DNA of 64,000 bases, taken from contig MU008188.1 of NCBI GenBank assembly GCA_010909165.1, positions 620,001 to 684,000 on the forward strand, given 5' to 3'. Position numbers and translations under genes: made by a program. The stretch comes from Anthoceros angustus. Taxonomy: Eukaryota > Plantae > Anthocerotophyta. Below the pieces are notes generated by a model, which was given only the letters and a program-made list of their open reading frames with translations, did not search any database and was not told where the DNA came from. This document shows positions 50,401 through 64,000 of this stretch, one piece after another (position 1 is the stretch's first letter; every line of letters begins with the position of its first letter).

Positions 50401-53400
50401 CTCAAAGGACTTGATCAAGTAGCAGAGCAGGCTCGATACCATGTAATTCTGGATGATATGCACGTGTTGTAATCGGGCGAGAGGAATAGAGGCCGAGACT
50501 CGGATGCAAAATTGATTGAGTAAATAAACAAATGTCTCAAGCATATACTAAACCCTAATATCGAAAAGATATATAAGTAATTCTATATATGTCCTTCGCA
50601 AGCGACTTAAGCAGTGGTTAACTATATAACACACTTATGATGAACCAATGGTGTCGCTTCGTTATTGAGGACAATCATCGGCGGTTTGGCGGGCCATCAA
50701 GGAGACACAACCACGCCCTCGGGTCGTGAAGACCATGGAGGTAAAGTGGTATCCCATGATCCGAGCGCGGTGGTTTGGTGAAATCATGGGTGCTGCAACC
50801 CACGGACACGGGTTGGAGTCAACCTCATCACGGAGGCCCACAAGGCGTTTGGGGTTCACGCGTTTGAGCCCTCTACCAAAACTCTCAGGATGGCGGACAT
50901 GTCGAGACGCGCGCCGGCGGGAGAGTTGTCCGGAGTCCCAGCCACCATAGCGAGGGCACCCTCAGCCAGACTTCATGGTCATGAAGCCCGGACCTTAAGT
51001 ATGCTGTTGGGGCGTCCACTGCTCGGACTCGCCCAGACAAAACTACACTTCGGCGGGAAGGAGATCCATTTCAAACCGGTTGATTGGGATCCAAGGTAAG
51101 GGAAGGCGAGGATCACAGCAAGGACACTCTGCGGAGAAACCGTAGCACCACGGAGGGTACACCTTCCAGGGATAGTGGGGGTGACAGAGAGGATCTGGAT
51201 GGCTACCCTTTGCAAAAATCTCGTGGTCCAGAGAGATGGACTACGGAGGGCGCTGGGCGGAGGTCATCAACTTTTCAGGTGGATGCGCTGCCAAGGGGAG
51301 AGCAGGAAGAGGGCCCGAGACAGGCGGAGCACGAAAGTGACCCGTTTACCTGACGAGCTTTTTAAGTGGGGATGCGTGAGGATGAACCTGATGGAGGATG
51401 AGGGTTTTGGGCCAGCGAGGAAGGAGTCAACGATGTGGAAGATGTGGAGGTCCACAAGTCCCTAAAATTCCCAAGGTATGCAGTGAGTTGGGCGAGACCT
51501 CACCATTGTTGGGGAGTTCAGTATTTTCTTTCAAGGTCACGGATATGAAGGGCATTCAAAGCGATTGGAGCACGGATAGACCTAAAGCGGTGCTTCGGAT
51601 TCGACGATCTCGATCCCAAACACTCAAGGTCAAGGAGGTCTGGACAAATATTTGGCGGACATCATCTTTCCGATCGTAGCAATGAATGGGTAGCACCCAT
51701 TGTTGTGGAAAGCGGCCGGACAGTTATGCGCGAGTTGGAGGAAACTCAATCGCCAGAAGGACCACTTCCCCATCCTTTCGTGGATGACATCTTGGACAAG
51801 GTGGCGGTCGTAGTACTTCTCCTTCCTAGATGGATACTCGGCTTGGTGCACTTGGGGGTCGGTGGGACAAGACAATTCACACGGAGTGAGGCGTTTGCCT
51901 AAGAGAAGTGCCTTGGGATGAGAGGCCCGGGTTATTCATGCGGATGGTAACCAGCGTTTCCGGGATTTCTTGAGGACTTCATGGAGTGTTCTGGGCGACT
52001 TTTGTGTGCGGAGAAGAAGGACAAACAGGGCACTGAGTGCTTGGGCGTTGTAGAAACCAATTTGTACATCCAGAAATGCTATTTTGGCATTGCGGAGGAA
52101 TCTTCTTTGGGGCCGGGTGTGCACGAGGATAGAGGTAGACCAAGACAAAGTCAGGTCATCCAGTCCTCACCGCCCACAAATCTGAAGGAGTTGGGATTCT
52201 TAGGCATAAGGGTTGTCTGTTCATTAAGGACTTTCGACGTCTTTCCAAGCTAAGGTTGCTCGGAAGGAGGAGAGGCCGGACACGAGAAGGGAGGCGGCGT
52301 TCGAGGATCTGCACCACCTTCATAAGTGCTCCGATGTTGAAGGGTCGGGGGTGCGGTTTCACGTATATGTGGATGTCGGCGTGCATGCCATCGGGTGGTG
52401 CTCGGCCAAAGGATGACAAGCGGAGAGATCATCCGATCTACTACGTTGGGGCACTCACATGTGAGCGGTACACTACCACGGGCGAGGGGCATCGGGCATG
52501 GTGTCTCCCAGTCATTGGGCCTACCTCCTACCCAAGTTTGTGTTCTATGTGGACCATTTTGCGCTCAACATCTCGTGAATAAGCGGACCTGTCGGACAAA
52601 TTCGAGGTGGATTCACTCCAGTTCACCTTTGAGGTGAGACCAGGCGGGCGGCAACATCAAGCACTTTCTGTCGAGATTGAAGAGGCAGGCGGTCTGCGAA
52701 TCGAGGACGCGCCCGAGGCTGGTGGCCAGAGGCCCGGAGGCGGTCGGAAAAGCCAAGCTTGGGCGGCCTACAGCGAAGCGGAGGGGGAGTGCGTGAGGCC
52801 CTAGGCTGAGGCGGTACACATGGGAGATGGGAGTCCAAGCGGATTGACCCGGACCAGCAGGCCTTTGTGCACTACTTCGATTGGATGTACAATGGATGCT
52901 CTTCAAGGGTGGGCCGGATGGAGTTGAGCGGAGATACCTCAGCGGAAAGCAGAGGTAGTAATAAAGGATGCATGAAGGGTGAGGGTGGACATTGTCGCGC
53001 AGTCACCACCAAGATCTTGGAGGCGGATCAGGTGGCCCACCATGTATCACCGATTTGGCGATGTGCTTGTGATCGGGAAGCCTACCAATGACTCAATGGC
53101 GTTGGTGCCCATCGGCACTGCCTTTCGAAAAATTATCGACCGTCGGACCTATCTGACCGGCACACACAGAGGTACATCCACGGTGGCAGCGGACTCGCAC
53201 GGTGGGTGGAAGCAGTGGCAACAGGACGGACTCTGCAAGCATGGTGGCAAAGTTCCTCTCTGAAACATCATCTTGCGGTATGGATGTCCGTTGCGTTAGT
53301 AGCGATAGGACTCATTTCCTCAATGATGTGATATCGACGGACTCCCGGTATAACTCATGCAAGACACCAACCGCTTGAAGGCCAATGGGTTAACGGAGAA

Positions 53401-56400
53401 ACCAGCGGTCTTATGCCGCATCTGAATAAGCTCACGGTTAATTATGCTCTTGTAGGATACCAGTTCGGTCGCGGCCTTAGGCGGAAAAGTAACCCACACA
53501 ACAAACTCACTTATGGGCATTCTGGTTATGCGGTTGAATTTGAAAACTTGATTTAAGTCATGATGGAAGCGGCTCAGGTAGAAAGCCAATTGGAGCGGCC
53601 ACTAGGGTTTGTACATACGGAGGGAGGAAGAGGCTCGGCGGGATGCACGTGTGCAAAATCAGCATAAGGTGGCACGACGACTCCAACCAAGTATGTGAAG
53701 GAGGGAGATCAGCCCTTCTTTATAGCCTCATATGCATTTCAAGCTTCACTTCGGTGGATGGGACCTTACCGGTGGTGCGGTATATGACGCCAGATTCACT
53801 CAGAGCAATTGGATGGCGATTTGCCCACTCGGGTAAGCGGGTGGCGGGTGAAAATACCATGCCTAGTGTTGGCGGATAGCAAATGAGAAGGAGTATGTGG
53901 ACCACGGACCTCCTTTGGGTAGGAAATGAGTCGAGGTTTGTTTCGAGGGTGGCGGTTAAAAATAAAGGCGGAAAGAAGAAATAAGTCCGGGTACTTGATT
54001 GCACTCCAGTGTGACTGGGGCTGAGGACTCGTGAGGCAGGGCTCGGGTGGTAGGGACTCGGGGCACTCAGGAGCTCTGGACTACACTTCCAAGTCGGACC
54101 CACTCCCGGGAGCCACAGGATGATCGCCAGTAAAGTAACTTAGGGAGTGGCGGCGGGGGGCCACGTGGGCCAGTCTTGAGGGGCGTGCATGCGCGGCAGG
54201 ATTGGGATTGCAGTAGCGTGCCGCCGGTATGCTCCCGCAGCCTTGTAAAGCTAGTCTGTGGCTAAGGCGCGTGGTAAGGCAGAGTAAGACATCACAGCCT
54301 CGGGTTACAGGCGCGAAGAGCCACCCCTCCCTGCCATTACTCCTCGGCGTGCAACGGAGGTCATTCTTCAGCAACTGGCGTTCGATCTCGCACCGACACC
54401 GGCTCTCTGCGTTGTCTTTCGAGCGCCAAAGCACCTTCACGCGGCTCGTTTGGGAGATGACTAGCGAAGTCGGTGAGCAGATGTTGAACTTCAAGTTCAA
54501 CAGTGAAAGGGCGCAATGGGACCCAGGCGGTGGAGTGTGGAGCCACTCGCTTGGTGGGCACAACATCGTCACTGCGCTACGACTTGGTCCTTGGGCTAGG
54601 AGAGGCGGAGGCTGGTGAAGGGCGCACTGGATATTTCTCCGGCCTTCTGGACCAGCCACGTCCCTCAGAGTATGCCGGAAGATGTTCAAGTGGCGAGGTC
54701 CGCTCAAGAACTGCGAGGACCCGGGAGGTGGGATCGGAGGTCCCGAGGCGGTCTGGCAGTGAAGTAGGGGAGTGGTTCCGGGCCCACTGAGGGAAGGTGG
54801 AGGCGGCGGGGCGCCCTCTTGCGACACATGATCCTCCAACGGTGGGCGATGTCGGACCTCCCGGCGGGAGAGGTCCTGGCAAGATCATCTCCTTTGGAAT
54901 ATGCTCTGGTGGACCACCTTGGTGATAATCTAGCTGGTGTTCCTCCTATACGAGAGCCGTGAGGTAGGATCATCTTGGCGAATCAACCAGGAGGCCAAGT
55001 TGAGAAGTGAGAAGCACACTCCGGTCGTTGCCGCCATTCATCATCCATGTGGTCACATGAACCTCCACAAGGAGGGGAAGAGGAGCCGGCGCTACAAGGG
55101 GCCTACAGGCAGCGAAGGAAGAACGCAGGAGGCCGAGGTCCGGCTGGGCATGGTCCAGAGGAGGGACGGCAGGGACTGACTCACTGCATGGACGGACCCC
55201 ACATACGGGGGAGGTGTGGAAGACATTCCGCTTCCTCCTCTGGTCCCTCACTCCATACCTGGGGAGTCCACGGAAGGGCGGCGTGTACGGAAGGGAGGCC
55301 TGGCACCTCACATGACCTGGTCAATTTTAACCCTGACTCGTGAGGAGCGAGCGGACCTATACCTTGAGTCACTCATTGCCTTCCTTGCTCCTGGAGTGCC
55401 TCAAGAGAGTCCGTCCGGGGCTGGGTGGCGGGCCTAGCGATGGAGACGCTCCCTCAGCCACCGCCTTCACACACCTCCGGAGGAGAGCAGGTGCTCCCCA
55501 TGTGGAAGAGGCAAGACTACCCGCAGTGGCGGTACCCTCCGGACATGGGGGCCCGGGCCTAAAGGCCGTTATGGTCCGGGTCGGAGACACACCCACGGAG
55601 AAGGAGGCGGTGGGAGGCACCCCACGGTGGAGGAGATCAAGGGCCAGTCGGCCCGTGGAAGGGAGGTAAGAAATTCCCTCACCCCACGGATAAGAGAGGA
55701 GCTGCCAGAGGAGGAGACCAAGCAGAAGGCAAGGAGTTAGTGGCAACATACATGGGAAAGATCCTTTGAAAAGAAAATGCTCCATGATGATTGTATGACC
55801 GGCGAGGAAGGAGCAAGAGGATCTTCTCCGAGACATCAAGATGGAGAGGAAGGAAGAAGAAGATAGGGACCCTCCATGGTAGTGGTATCTAGTGGGTTGC
55901 CGGACTACCACGGTGGGGGTCTTGGAAGAAGGAGCCTGGCGGGATGGAAGAAGCGCCTAAGCGGGAGGAGGCGCAATTACCACATGAGAGAAATCGGCTC
56001 CTTGGAAGGGAAGGAGCAAAGTGGTGCTTGGCAAGCCCACAAAATAGGAAAAGCGGCGGACCGGGAAGGCGGGGAGCAAAGGAGGGCGAGGCCAATCCAC
56101 GAAGAGACGCGTCCTATCCCGTGTGTGGATCAGGTATGGTCAAAGACCATAAATGTTGAATGGAATAGGAAGGATAGGCGATGTACAGCATCCTTTAAGG
56201 ATGATCTTGGTGGTTACTAGAATAGAATTTACCAAGGATCGAAGAGACTTAGGTGCCGAGCCTTAAATCTGATGAAATAATAAAATATTGGAAAAGGTGA
56301 CTGCGGCGTCACAGGGAGGTGTATGTGGAAGACCTCCTTTATAACATCAGGAGGATTTCACAGTAAAGTATCATGTCTTGCGCTTACTCGCGATACTTCG

Positions 56401-58350
56401 TTGTTGGCCTTCAATATCCTGTTGTGAAGATGGGCGCTGCAATCTGCGCATTTGAGAGATCATCAATCTCGTGGGCCACTCTCCATCCTCACACACCTAC
56501 CCTTGTAGGCGTCCCTTGCAGTGGTCAATTCTCCCACCTTCACATGGAGGTTACATTCTCCTCCCTTGCTTCCTTGGGCTGTGGGGCACGAAGGGCATAA
56601 TCACCAAAACTTGGCTTCCTCACCACCCGGATCACCCACCTTCTTGTGGTGCTCCTCTTGGAACCTCCTTTGTTCCAGCTCGGCCATTTGCTTGGCAAGC
56701 TCCCTCTCCTCCTTAAGCACCCTTTTCCCTCCAGCTCTTGTAGTCTGAGTCTTGAGCCTCCGGCGCTTCTCCTCAGTGTGCAGGTCCGCAATTCTTCCGT
56801 CATATCCGGATTGTGATGGCTTGGGTAGCCACACACTCTTGCGTCCATTTCTTTAATCGCCACCTTCTCCTTCAGAGCCTTCCGTTTGCCCTTCCGTTCT
56901 TGCTCTAAGCTGGGCAAATGCTCCCTCATATACGCCTCCAAGTCCCTTTGGGTTGTCGCCCGGATGGCTCTCTCCTCTTGTGACAACCTCCCTCCAGACC
57001 TTCTCCGCAGGCTGTTGTTCCACAGGTGCGGCTGAAGCTCTTACCTTCTCCAACTTGGCTCGTCGGACTCCATGGCCTCCAATTGCCATTTAGTCCTGCT
57101 TTCCTCTCCGTCATTTCTTGGGCTTTGACTTCCTCTTGGCATGCCCACAGGGGCTCTCCCTAGCTTAAGCTTGAAATCTCCAGCTCCTTGCATTCATGAG
57201 CCATCCTTGACGGGTCCCCTCACGGTGCCTCCAGCCCTTCCTCCAGCGCGGGTAGTGGTGGCCTAGCGCGCATGGCGCTTTCTCTCTCTTTCCCTTCCCT
57301 ACCGCCGTAGGGCTTCTTTCCCTACGATTGTGGGGTGCTTGCCTACCATGGTAGGCTGCTACCGTGGTAGGCGGCTCCCCTACGGTAGTCTGCCCACCCT
57401 CCGGTAGGCTACTCCCTCTGGGAGTGGTCAGTGCCTCTGCTAGGCACACGAGATGGTGGGGACTCCCCCCACTGGGCTGTCACCCCTCCGTGGTAGTCCT
57501 CCTCTCATAGACTACCATTCGGCCTTCCTCAGGTTCACATTCCTCTCCTCCTCCTTGCTCCTGTGGGAAAAGTTTCCTCAGCAACCTTGTTGCCTCTACA
57601 TCCTCGCCTTGTCTCTAGCATGCTTGTGGAGGTCGACCTCCCCTTCTTCCTAATGCAAAAGGCAAGGCCTTTCCAAGCTTGGCTGGAGATGGATTATCTC
57701 GAAGGGATGCCAAGCATCCTTCCAACTCCTTGCTTGTGAGGTCCCTCAGTTTCCCATGCACCAAATAGGTGCTAGGTAGCAAAGGCCTGGGCCTTCCTCA
57801 TCCACAATTGGCAGGAGCTTCTCCACCATGGTGGATGTATGCTTCATATAATTGTTCCCCAATCGGCTTTGGCTCCCATGGAAATCTTCCACAAAAAGCT
57901 GGAGGAAGTTGGTGCTTTGAAATAAGAAGTCCTTTGGTAATTTACCAACCAGCACAATCTTGCAAGAGCCTCCACTTGACTCCTTGATGCTCTCTTTCCA
58001 GCCATTCTTGGCGTGGGCCTTTCCTCCGTCCATCATGTCGAGAGCTCTTGGAATTTGAGAGGGCCGTCCTCTTCCTCCATTCGACCTTTCGAGAGAGCAA
58101 TTCCGAGCTCTCCTCCAGTCCCATACACATGCTCCTTACGGTCCAGCGGGATCCGCTCGAGCATTCCTTTCTAGATGGTGCGGCTCACGGATGATGGAGT
58201 TGATGAAGCACTCCTCAATCAACTCTAATTGGTGTAGGCCCATTGGCGCCATACACCCATCTAATTGATGTTACCTCCTCTGCCCATTCTTGAGAAATCA
58301 ACCAAATCGTGGGGTTAAGGCCCACAAAACAAATTGAACAAACATGAGGG
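41449..58350 (+). repeat. Tandem second copy of 23684-41449 (LTR-B part, Gypsy A with LTR 43375-48150, Copia 2 48151-50631, Gypsy pol 50632-53866, 3' region, inverted fragment)
   Basis: All nested junctions recur in the same order. The breakpoint ...CATGAGG/GTCGGAGAATTT at 41449 joins the end of copy 1 to the equivalent of 23684. Confidence 0.93.
43353..43370 (-). promoter_or_regulatory. Primer-binding site complementary to the 3' end of tRNA-Asp
   Basis: TGGCGCCGTTGCCGGGGA on the minus strand, 4 nt from the LTR end; the plus strand matches the plant tRNA-Asp 3' end TCCCCGGCAACGGCG+CCA. Confidence 0.9.
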
Positions 58351-58368
58351 ACCCAATGTCCTCCAAAA

Positions 58369-59630
58369 GGAGGAACATTGGGTCCTCAAATGATGACCGG
58401 AAGGAGCGCAGGTGCGAGCAAAGCTTCCGATTTCAATGAGGCCACGAGTGATATGGACTGAGTCAGGGAAGAGAGGCAGGAGCGGAGGCGCCAAGGAGGA
58501 AGGTGGCGCGAGAGGGGCAAGGAGGGACCCACCCCTCCACCGGTAGGTGATCTCAGGTGACCACCCTGATGAGTCTGCAGGACTACGTGGAGGTACCATT
58601 CAACTCACGCCCAAGATGATGGACTACCGGAGTAGGCCGGTGCCACAGTAGTACAGTGGGGCCGGGCCGGAGGCGGCCGAGGATGAAGGGAGCCGGGGAT
58701 CCTGTGACACCACCCCTCGGAGGGCCGGTGAGGTGGTGGAGACAACCCCACGGAGAGAGACTGGGCAGGATCCGACCCGTCGAGGAAGGAGGTGAGAAGT
58801 TCTCGCCCACAGACAGGGAAGAGCCCGGGCGAGGAGGAGACCAGCAAGAAGGCGGAGGAGTTAGTGGAGGCATCGGCCAACAATTGGGGAAGAAAGACTC
58901 TTTGAGAATGCTCCAAGATGGGTATGGACAAACCAAGCAGGAGGATAGGAGCAAGGAGGATCTCACCCGAGACATCGCTTGATGGAGATGGAGAAGAGAA
59001 AGAGGGGTGGGCTACGGTGATCTTGGATCTCGCCAGTAGTGTCTTAGGAAGGAAGAAGCCAGCGACCTAAGCGAGGAGGTGAAAAAAGAGGCGCCTAGTC
59101 TCTTGTGAGAGTGCGCGGGAGGACCGGAGGAATGGTGCCGCCCATGGAGATGGAGGAAGGGCAAATTGTACTTGCCCCACACAGTGAGAGGACAAAGGAC
59201 TAGGAAGGGCAAGAGCAAAAGGAGGCGAGGGAGCCAATCCACAACGTCACTATCCCAGTGGTGAGGACTAGATATGGTCAAAGACCATAAATGTTAGATG
59301 GAAGAATAGAAAGGGCCAGTGATATGGTGACATCCTCCAAGGATGAACTTAGGTGACTTTTGCAAGAATAGAATTTACTCGGAACTTAAGGTGAGCGTGG
59401 GTTGCTGGGCATCAAATGTCATGTAGGAAATAATAGAATATTGGAAAAGGTGACCGTAGTAGGGTCACCTAAGGGATGTGGAAGGCCTCCTATAAGAGGA
59501 GGAGGATTTCACAAAGTAAAGTATCACGCCTTGCGCTCCATGCTGTGAGTCCTTTGCCCTTGTAAAGGAATTTCGTGCAGGTGTGAATATGAGCAGTGAT
59601 CGCAGAGAGGAAGTCGCGGTGTGGGTGCTT
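58369..59630 (+). mobile_element. A-family LTR fragment in plus orientation
   Basis: Homologous to the reverse complement of ~26290-27465; cut by the family B LTR at 59631. Confidence 0.7.
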
Positions 59631-62600
59631 TGTAGACGATCCGGACTTGAAACCCTGTTGGGACGTGCCAAGTGTTTTTTGTTTTGGGATCCGTGGTGAA
59701 AATAAGTCGGGTTGGTAGTAGTAGGAGGTATTTATAGAAGAAATGCCCTTGGCCTATGGATTCTTTTCTTGTTTTGATTTTTAAGTTAGAAAATAAATGG
59801 TCCGAATTTGGTGTTCCTTGGCCCATGGACTCGGAATGTTCCCTAAAAAGTCTATATATGTGAGATAGGGGGTTTGGAATAATTAGAGTGTGAGTCTATA
59901 AGTTGGGGTCGACCAAGCAGTGGTGAATGAGTGTGGGGTTGTGGATTGGGATGTGGGAAGCGGTCGAGAGGTCGACAGTAGGGGAACCCGGGAAACTTAA
60001 CCCTAGGAATGAGATCCGCTCAAACAACGGAGCGCAACGGGGGCCGGGAGGCGGAGGCGCCGGAGCGCGTCGAGGCGTGCGCACCTGATCGGCCGGAGGC
60101 GCGAGGCAACGACGAAGGAAGGAGCTCAACCCCGTCGCCATCGCGGAGGAGGAGGAGGAGGAAGGCGCAGACATGGCGCTCTTGGAGGAGGTAGGAACCA
60201 CGGAGACCCCGTGAAATTCGCAGGTGGCGTTGGTTTGTGGCGCGAGACCAGAAGGCGTGAGAGGATGGCGCCCAAGGTCACCACCATTGTGCTTGCCCAA
60301 TGGCCGAACATGGATCATTGGAAAGTTCGAGCTGGGGCTGTGAAGGAGCGGGTTTCATGGAAGAGCGGTGGAATTACATGAACTGGGGGAGTGCAGAGTG
60401 TGCGCACACGGACAAACACCCGGGATTTAGAGCGGCCGCAGGATTGGGACCTGGAGTGGTTAGAAGGGTGTATGGGCGGAAGAGGAGGCGGGCGGTTGGT
60501 GATGGAGCCGTCCAGAAAAGAAGCACGGCAGCACAGTTAAAGCGCCGAACCCAACGGTTGACGAGGGATTTGGCAAGCTTGATGGGTCGCCGGCTCCTAT
60601 GTTTCCTGACAAGAAGCGGATTATTTGTCGACCACTTGCTGCGTTCCTTCATGAAGTGGTCAAGGGGCGAAGATCGATTGAGGCGAATTCTCTTGACAAG
60701 TTGTGTGAAGAGAGGTTGAACTTGATTTCCTCGCCTCGGCCCTCTCTAATCTCACCATTTCGGTCCATCTTTATGTTTACGCTAACTATCGCGGTGGAGA
60801 TTGTAGCCTCCCTCCACATGTGGAAGCCGGTTAGGGAGGTGAAATGGGCGGAGGAGCCCAAGGAGGAAAAATCGGATAGCCGGGAGTCGGTGGCGACAGG
60901 CTGGAGGAGGAGAAGGAAATTCCCACCAAAGGAGGAAGACCGGGGTGAAAGGCGGGCATCACGAAAAGGTGAAGGCGGATGCGCGTCACTGTGTCAGCAG
61001 GCGCGCTACAGTGAAAGCCAAGCTTGGAGGTGGCAAGAGGAGGCGCGATCCGAGGACAATTTTTGGGATGCGATGATGAATCAACTCCGAGGGTTTAGGG
61101 CGACCTCGAGGCGGACCCTCCTCAAAGATGGGAAGAGATTTTCAAGGGACTCCACGCAACAGAGGTGGATGCAACCGAATTGGTGAGGGTGCGCACCTGG
61201 GGAGGAAAGTTCTCGACAGGATGGGATGGCGTGGCCGCCACAACAAGTGGACTTGCGGGGCGACCACGCCGATGATCCGCCCAAGCATTTGTTGGATCAA
61301 GCGGCTCTCACCGCTCGGTGCGGGCGACGGAGGAAGTGGTGAAGGCCGGGTTTGTGAAGAGGAGGCCAAGCGCAAGCAAGCGGAGGAAGACAAGCGGAAC
61401 CTAGAGGAAATAAGGGCCAAGATTCAAGAAGATTTGTGCAGGCCTGTGAGAAGTTGCAAGCCATGACGAGCCAGTGAGGAAGCACTCATGGCTCAAATTA
61501 AGGATGCCCACGAGACGAGATCAGAGTTGTTGCGAGCCAGAGCGGAGGCGGCCTCGGTGGAAAAGGCCCATAAGCTAGCGGAGCGATATAAGGAGCGGAT
61601 GAGGCACGTGGCCGAGAAAAGACAAAGGAAGGAAGCGGGGTAGCAGGACCACGATCGGTAGCGGAAGGCCTACCGAGCGGAAGGCAAGGAGGTAGAAACC
61701 TCACCTACCGGTTCGAACGAACGACGGTGGAGTCCACTACCGCGGTGGTCGCTACCGACATTGGCGCAACCAACCCAGGCAGGCGGGGCGCATGCGACGT
61801 GGCGCCTCGCGAGGACATAGGCCAGCAACCGTGTAGCCTACGGGAGGGGTAAGCACCTCAGCAGGGGTCCTATTATATTACGGCACATGGATGAGGAAAC
61901 TTATGTGCCGGTCTATATGTGAATGGAGAACGTGCTTAACCTCACCGTCCATGTGCGTGTGGAAATAGGAGGGATCGGCCTACCCTCAAGTGAGGACCCG
62001 TGCATACTTCTACCACGCGCCCGGGTGTGGGGTTGGCTCCCTATTATCGGAGGCGACTTTGGAGGAGTTGAGCGAGGAGGAGGTCCAGCTTGGGTGGACG
62101 AGGAACCGTGTAATCCTCGGCAATAGGCCCGGAAGATGCGGAAGCCCAGGGTACACCTCAAATTCGACGTCCAGCAGTGGCGTGAGGTGGAAGTAGTGTG
62201 GGAGAACCGTCCGACCGTGGCGGGAGAGCTCGTGTGGCGGCAATGGAGGGAGGGCCGGGGCCAAGTCGAGGTAGGAGCGGGCGTGTGAGGTGGTAGCAAC
62301 CTAAAGATAATTTGGTTAGGATGTTTGGACCTAGGATCTCCGGTGTGGGCGCGTCCCGCGATAGCCATCTTAGGACCTAAAAATCCGGCAGGTGCCCCAC
62401 CGATGTATAAGAGGGGCGAATAGGTCCCTCACGCCGATAACTCCCGGTTGAGATCCCCACTGTGGGTGGTTGGAGACGTCCGTCGAGGTGGTGCGTGACG
62501 CTCCTAGGGGTGGTCGAGAGCTTGCTCCATGGGAGGAGGTGATAAAGCAATCTTGCGACAAAGGAGGAGGAAACCAAGGGATTGGCGCGGGGTCTGGAGC

Positions 62601-64000
62601 TTGCTCCGCCGTGGCCTGGGGTTCTTCTTTCCTTCACACTTGTCCCTAGTTGTGTTCAAATTAGAGAGAAGTGTTGAGTGGATGGTTGGAAGCTGCGGCG
62701 AGTTGAGGGAGAGAGAGAGAGAGGAGAAGATTGGGTGAAGGAGTGACTAAACACCGCTGCGCGAGGTGTGAGAGGGGTTGAGAAGGGAACTAATTGAGAG
62801 ACTAGCGTGGAGATTTGTGTGAATCCAAAAGAAACCAAACGGCTGGTGGAAGTGCAAGGGGAACAGTTCCTTGTAAAATGTGTGAGTGTGGCGCCTTTGT
62901 GTGTGTGAGCGGTGAGGGATTTGTGGAATTTAGGTCCCTAGGAATCGGGGTGTGTGTGCATGAAGTGTGGAGTGCAGAATAAAGCCGGATCCGTGCAGTG
63001 TGGGCCGTGGCGAGGATCCGCGGCGCCGTCGGAAATAAGTCGCTAGGGTTTGGTGTGGGACCCACCTCGGTGGCAACTACCTAGTGGTGAGCCACGCGGT
63101 CGTGGAATAAGATTTGCGGTCGTGGAATAAGAGTCGTGGTAGCTAGACAAGTCGGGGTAGTAGTGGTTGAGTAGATAGGTAAGAGGAGTAGCAAGTAAGT
63201 CTTGACTTAGGTGAAGGTCGAGCGATAGAAGTTAGCGCTCTTGGCACAAACCATTCCCTTGGGAGCGAATCCTAAGCCTACAAGACATTGAGGGTGAATG
63301 GACCTCACGGTGTCCCGGACACGAATCCACACTCCACATTTTGCGCCGTCGGGAATGGAATGCATCAAGGACGTAGGTAGAACTAACCATAGCTTAAGTA
63401 GAGTCTAGCATTACTAGATTGATGGATGCCTCGGGTGGAGACAAGCGATCTGTGGGGAAACGCAAGACGGCAAGGCAACGCATGGAAAGATTGCAGAGAG
63501 TTACGAGGAGAGCACGGCGGAGATCACACTGTTGGACGAGGAAGAGGGGCGGAGTCAACTCGGAACTAGGGATCGATCTTATCATTGATTCCCAACTCTC
63601 GACTACGAAGCACAAGGGGCCAGTACCCGATTCCACCTTGTCTTTTGATCTCGCTCCAGTGCCTAGACCACGCGGTCCATCGAACTCGTGAATGTAGAGG
63701 TCATCAGCGTAGTGGCGCGTCAACTACGCATCGTTGAAAGTACTACCCGGTAGTTATGGCGATCTCGTGCTTGTTACTACAATCTTACCCGCTGTATGGA
63801 GAAAAGAAGGGCCATGAGGATCCCGACGAGTTTGTCGAGCGTTTTGAGCGTTGACGCCAACCGTGAGGATGCGATCGTGCCCATTGCTTTATGGAGTCTT
63901 ACGCGGAGCGCGGCCAAGTGGTACAAGCGGGAGTACATAGCACCCACCTACTTTTGGGGCCTTGAGAGCTTTTGTGAAAGGTTCGGAGGGTCGATGTGGA
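59631..64000 (+). mobile_element. Gypsy element B: ~3.7 kb 5' LTR (59631-63338), degenerate tRNA-Asp PBS and start of gag (runs off the window)
   Basis: TGTAGA...TCCACA termini; TTTTGCGCCGTCGGGAA at 63339-63355; gag remnant HEDPDEFVERFER...AAKWYK near 63800-63930. Confidence 0.8.

Noticed and set aside
23300-63300. Many short overlapping ORFs in the ORF track as host genes
   Set aside because: They are shadow or frameshifted pieces of GC-rich LTR-retrotransposon sequence.

Overview
This is eukaryotic, intron-rich plant DNA; short introns, dense genes and divergent orthologues suggest a non-seed land plant such as a hornwort or other bryophyte (inference). 1-10.1 kb holds three host genes: the 3' half of TPLATE, a TPX2-like microtubule-associated gene, and a conserved uncharacterised minus-strand gene. 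10.3-13.6 kb holds an orphan spliced gene interrupted by a CRE-clade non-LTR retrotransposon relic. The most unusual part is 14-20.3 kb: an intron-containing Crypton/DUF3504-type tyrosine recombinase gene. Upstream of it are a TATA promoter, a 12-bp repeat/variable-spacer array, tandem mini-exon cassettes, and a second short-repeat array on the divergent side. From 20.3 kb to the end is a nest of Ty1/Copia and Athila/Tat-like Ty3/Gypsy elements, the latter with 3.7-4.9 kb LTRs that contain their own ORFs. About 17 kb of the nest (23.7-41.4 kb) repeats in tandem (41.4-58.35 kb). Beyond ~21 kb the sequence is full of 1-3 bp deletions typical of poorly polished long reads, so frameshifts there, and the duplication itself, may be partly assembly artefacts. 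Family assignments come from remembered motifs; no database search was run.
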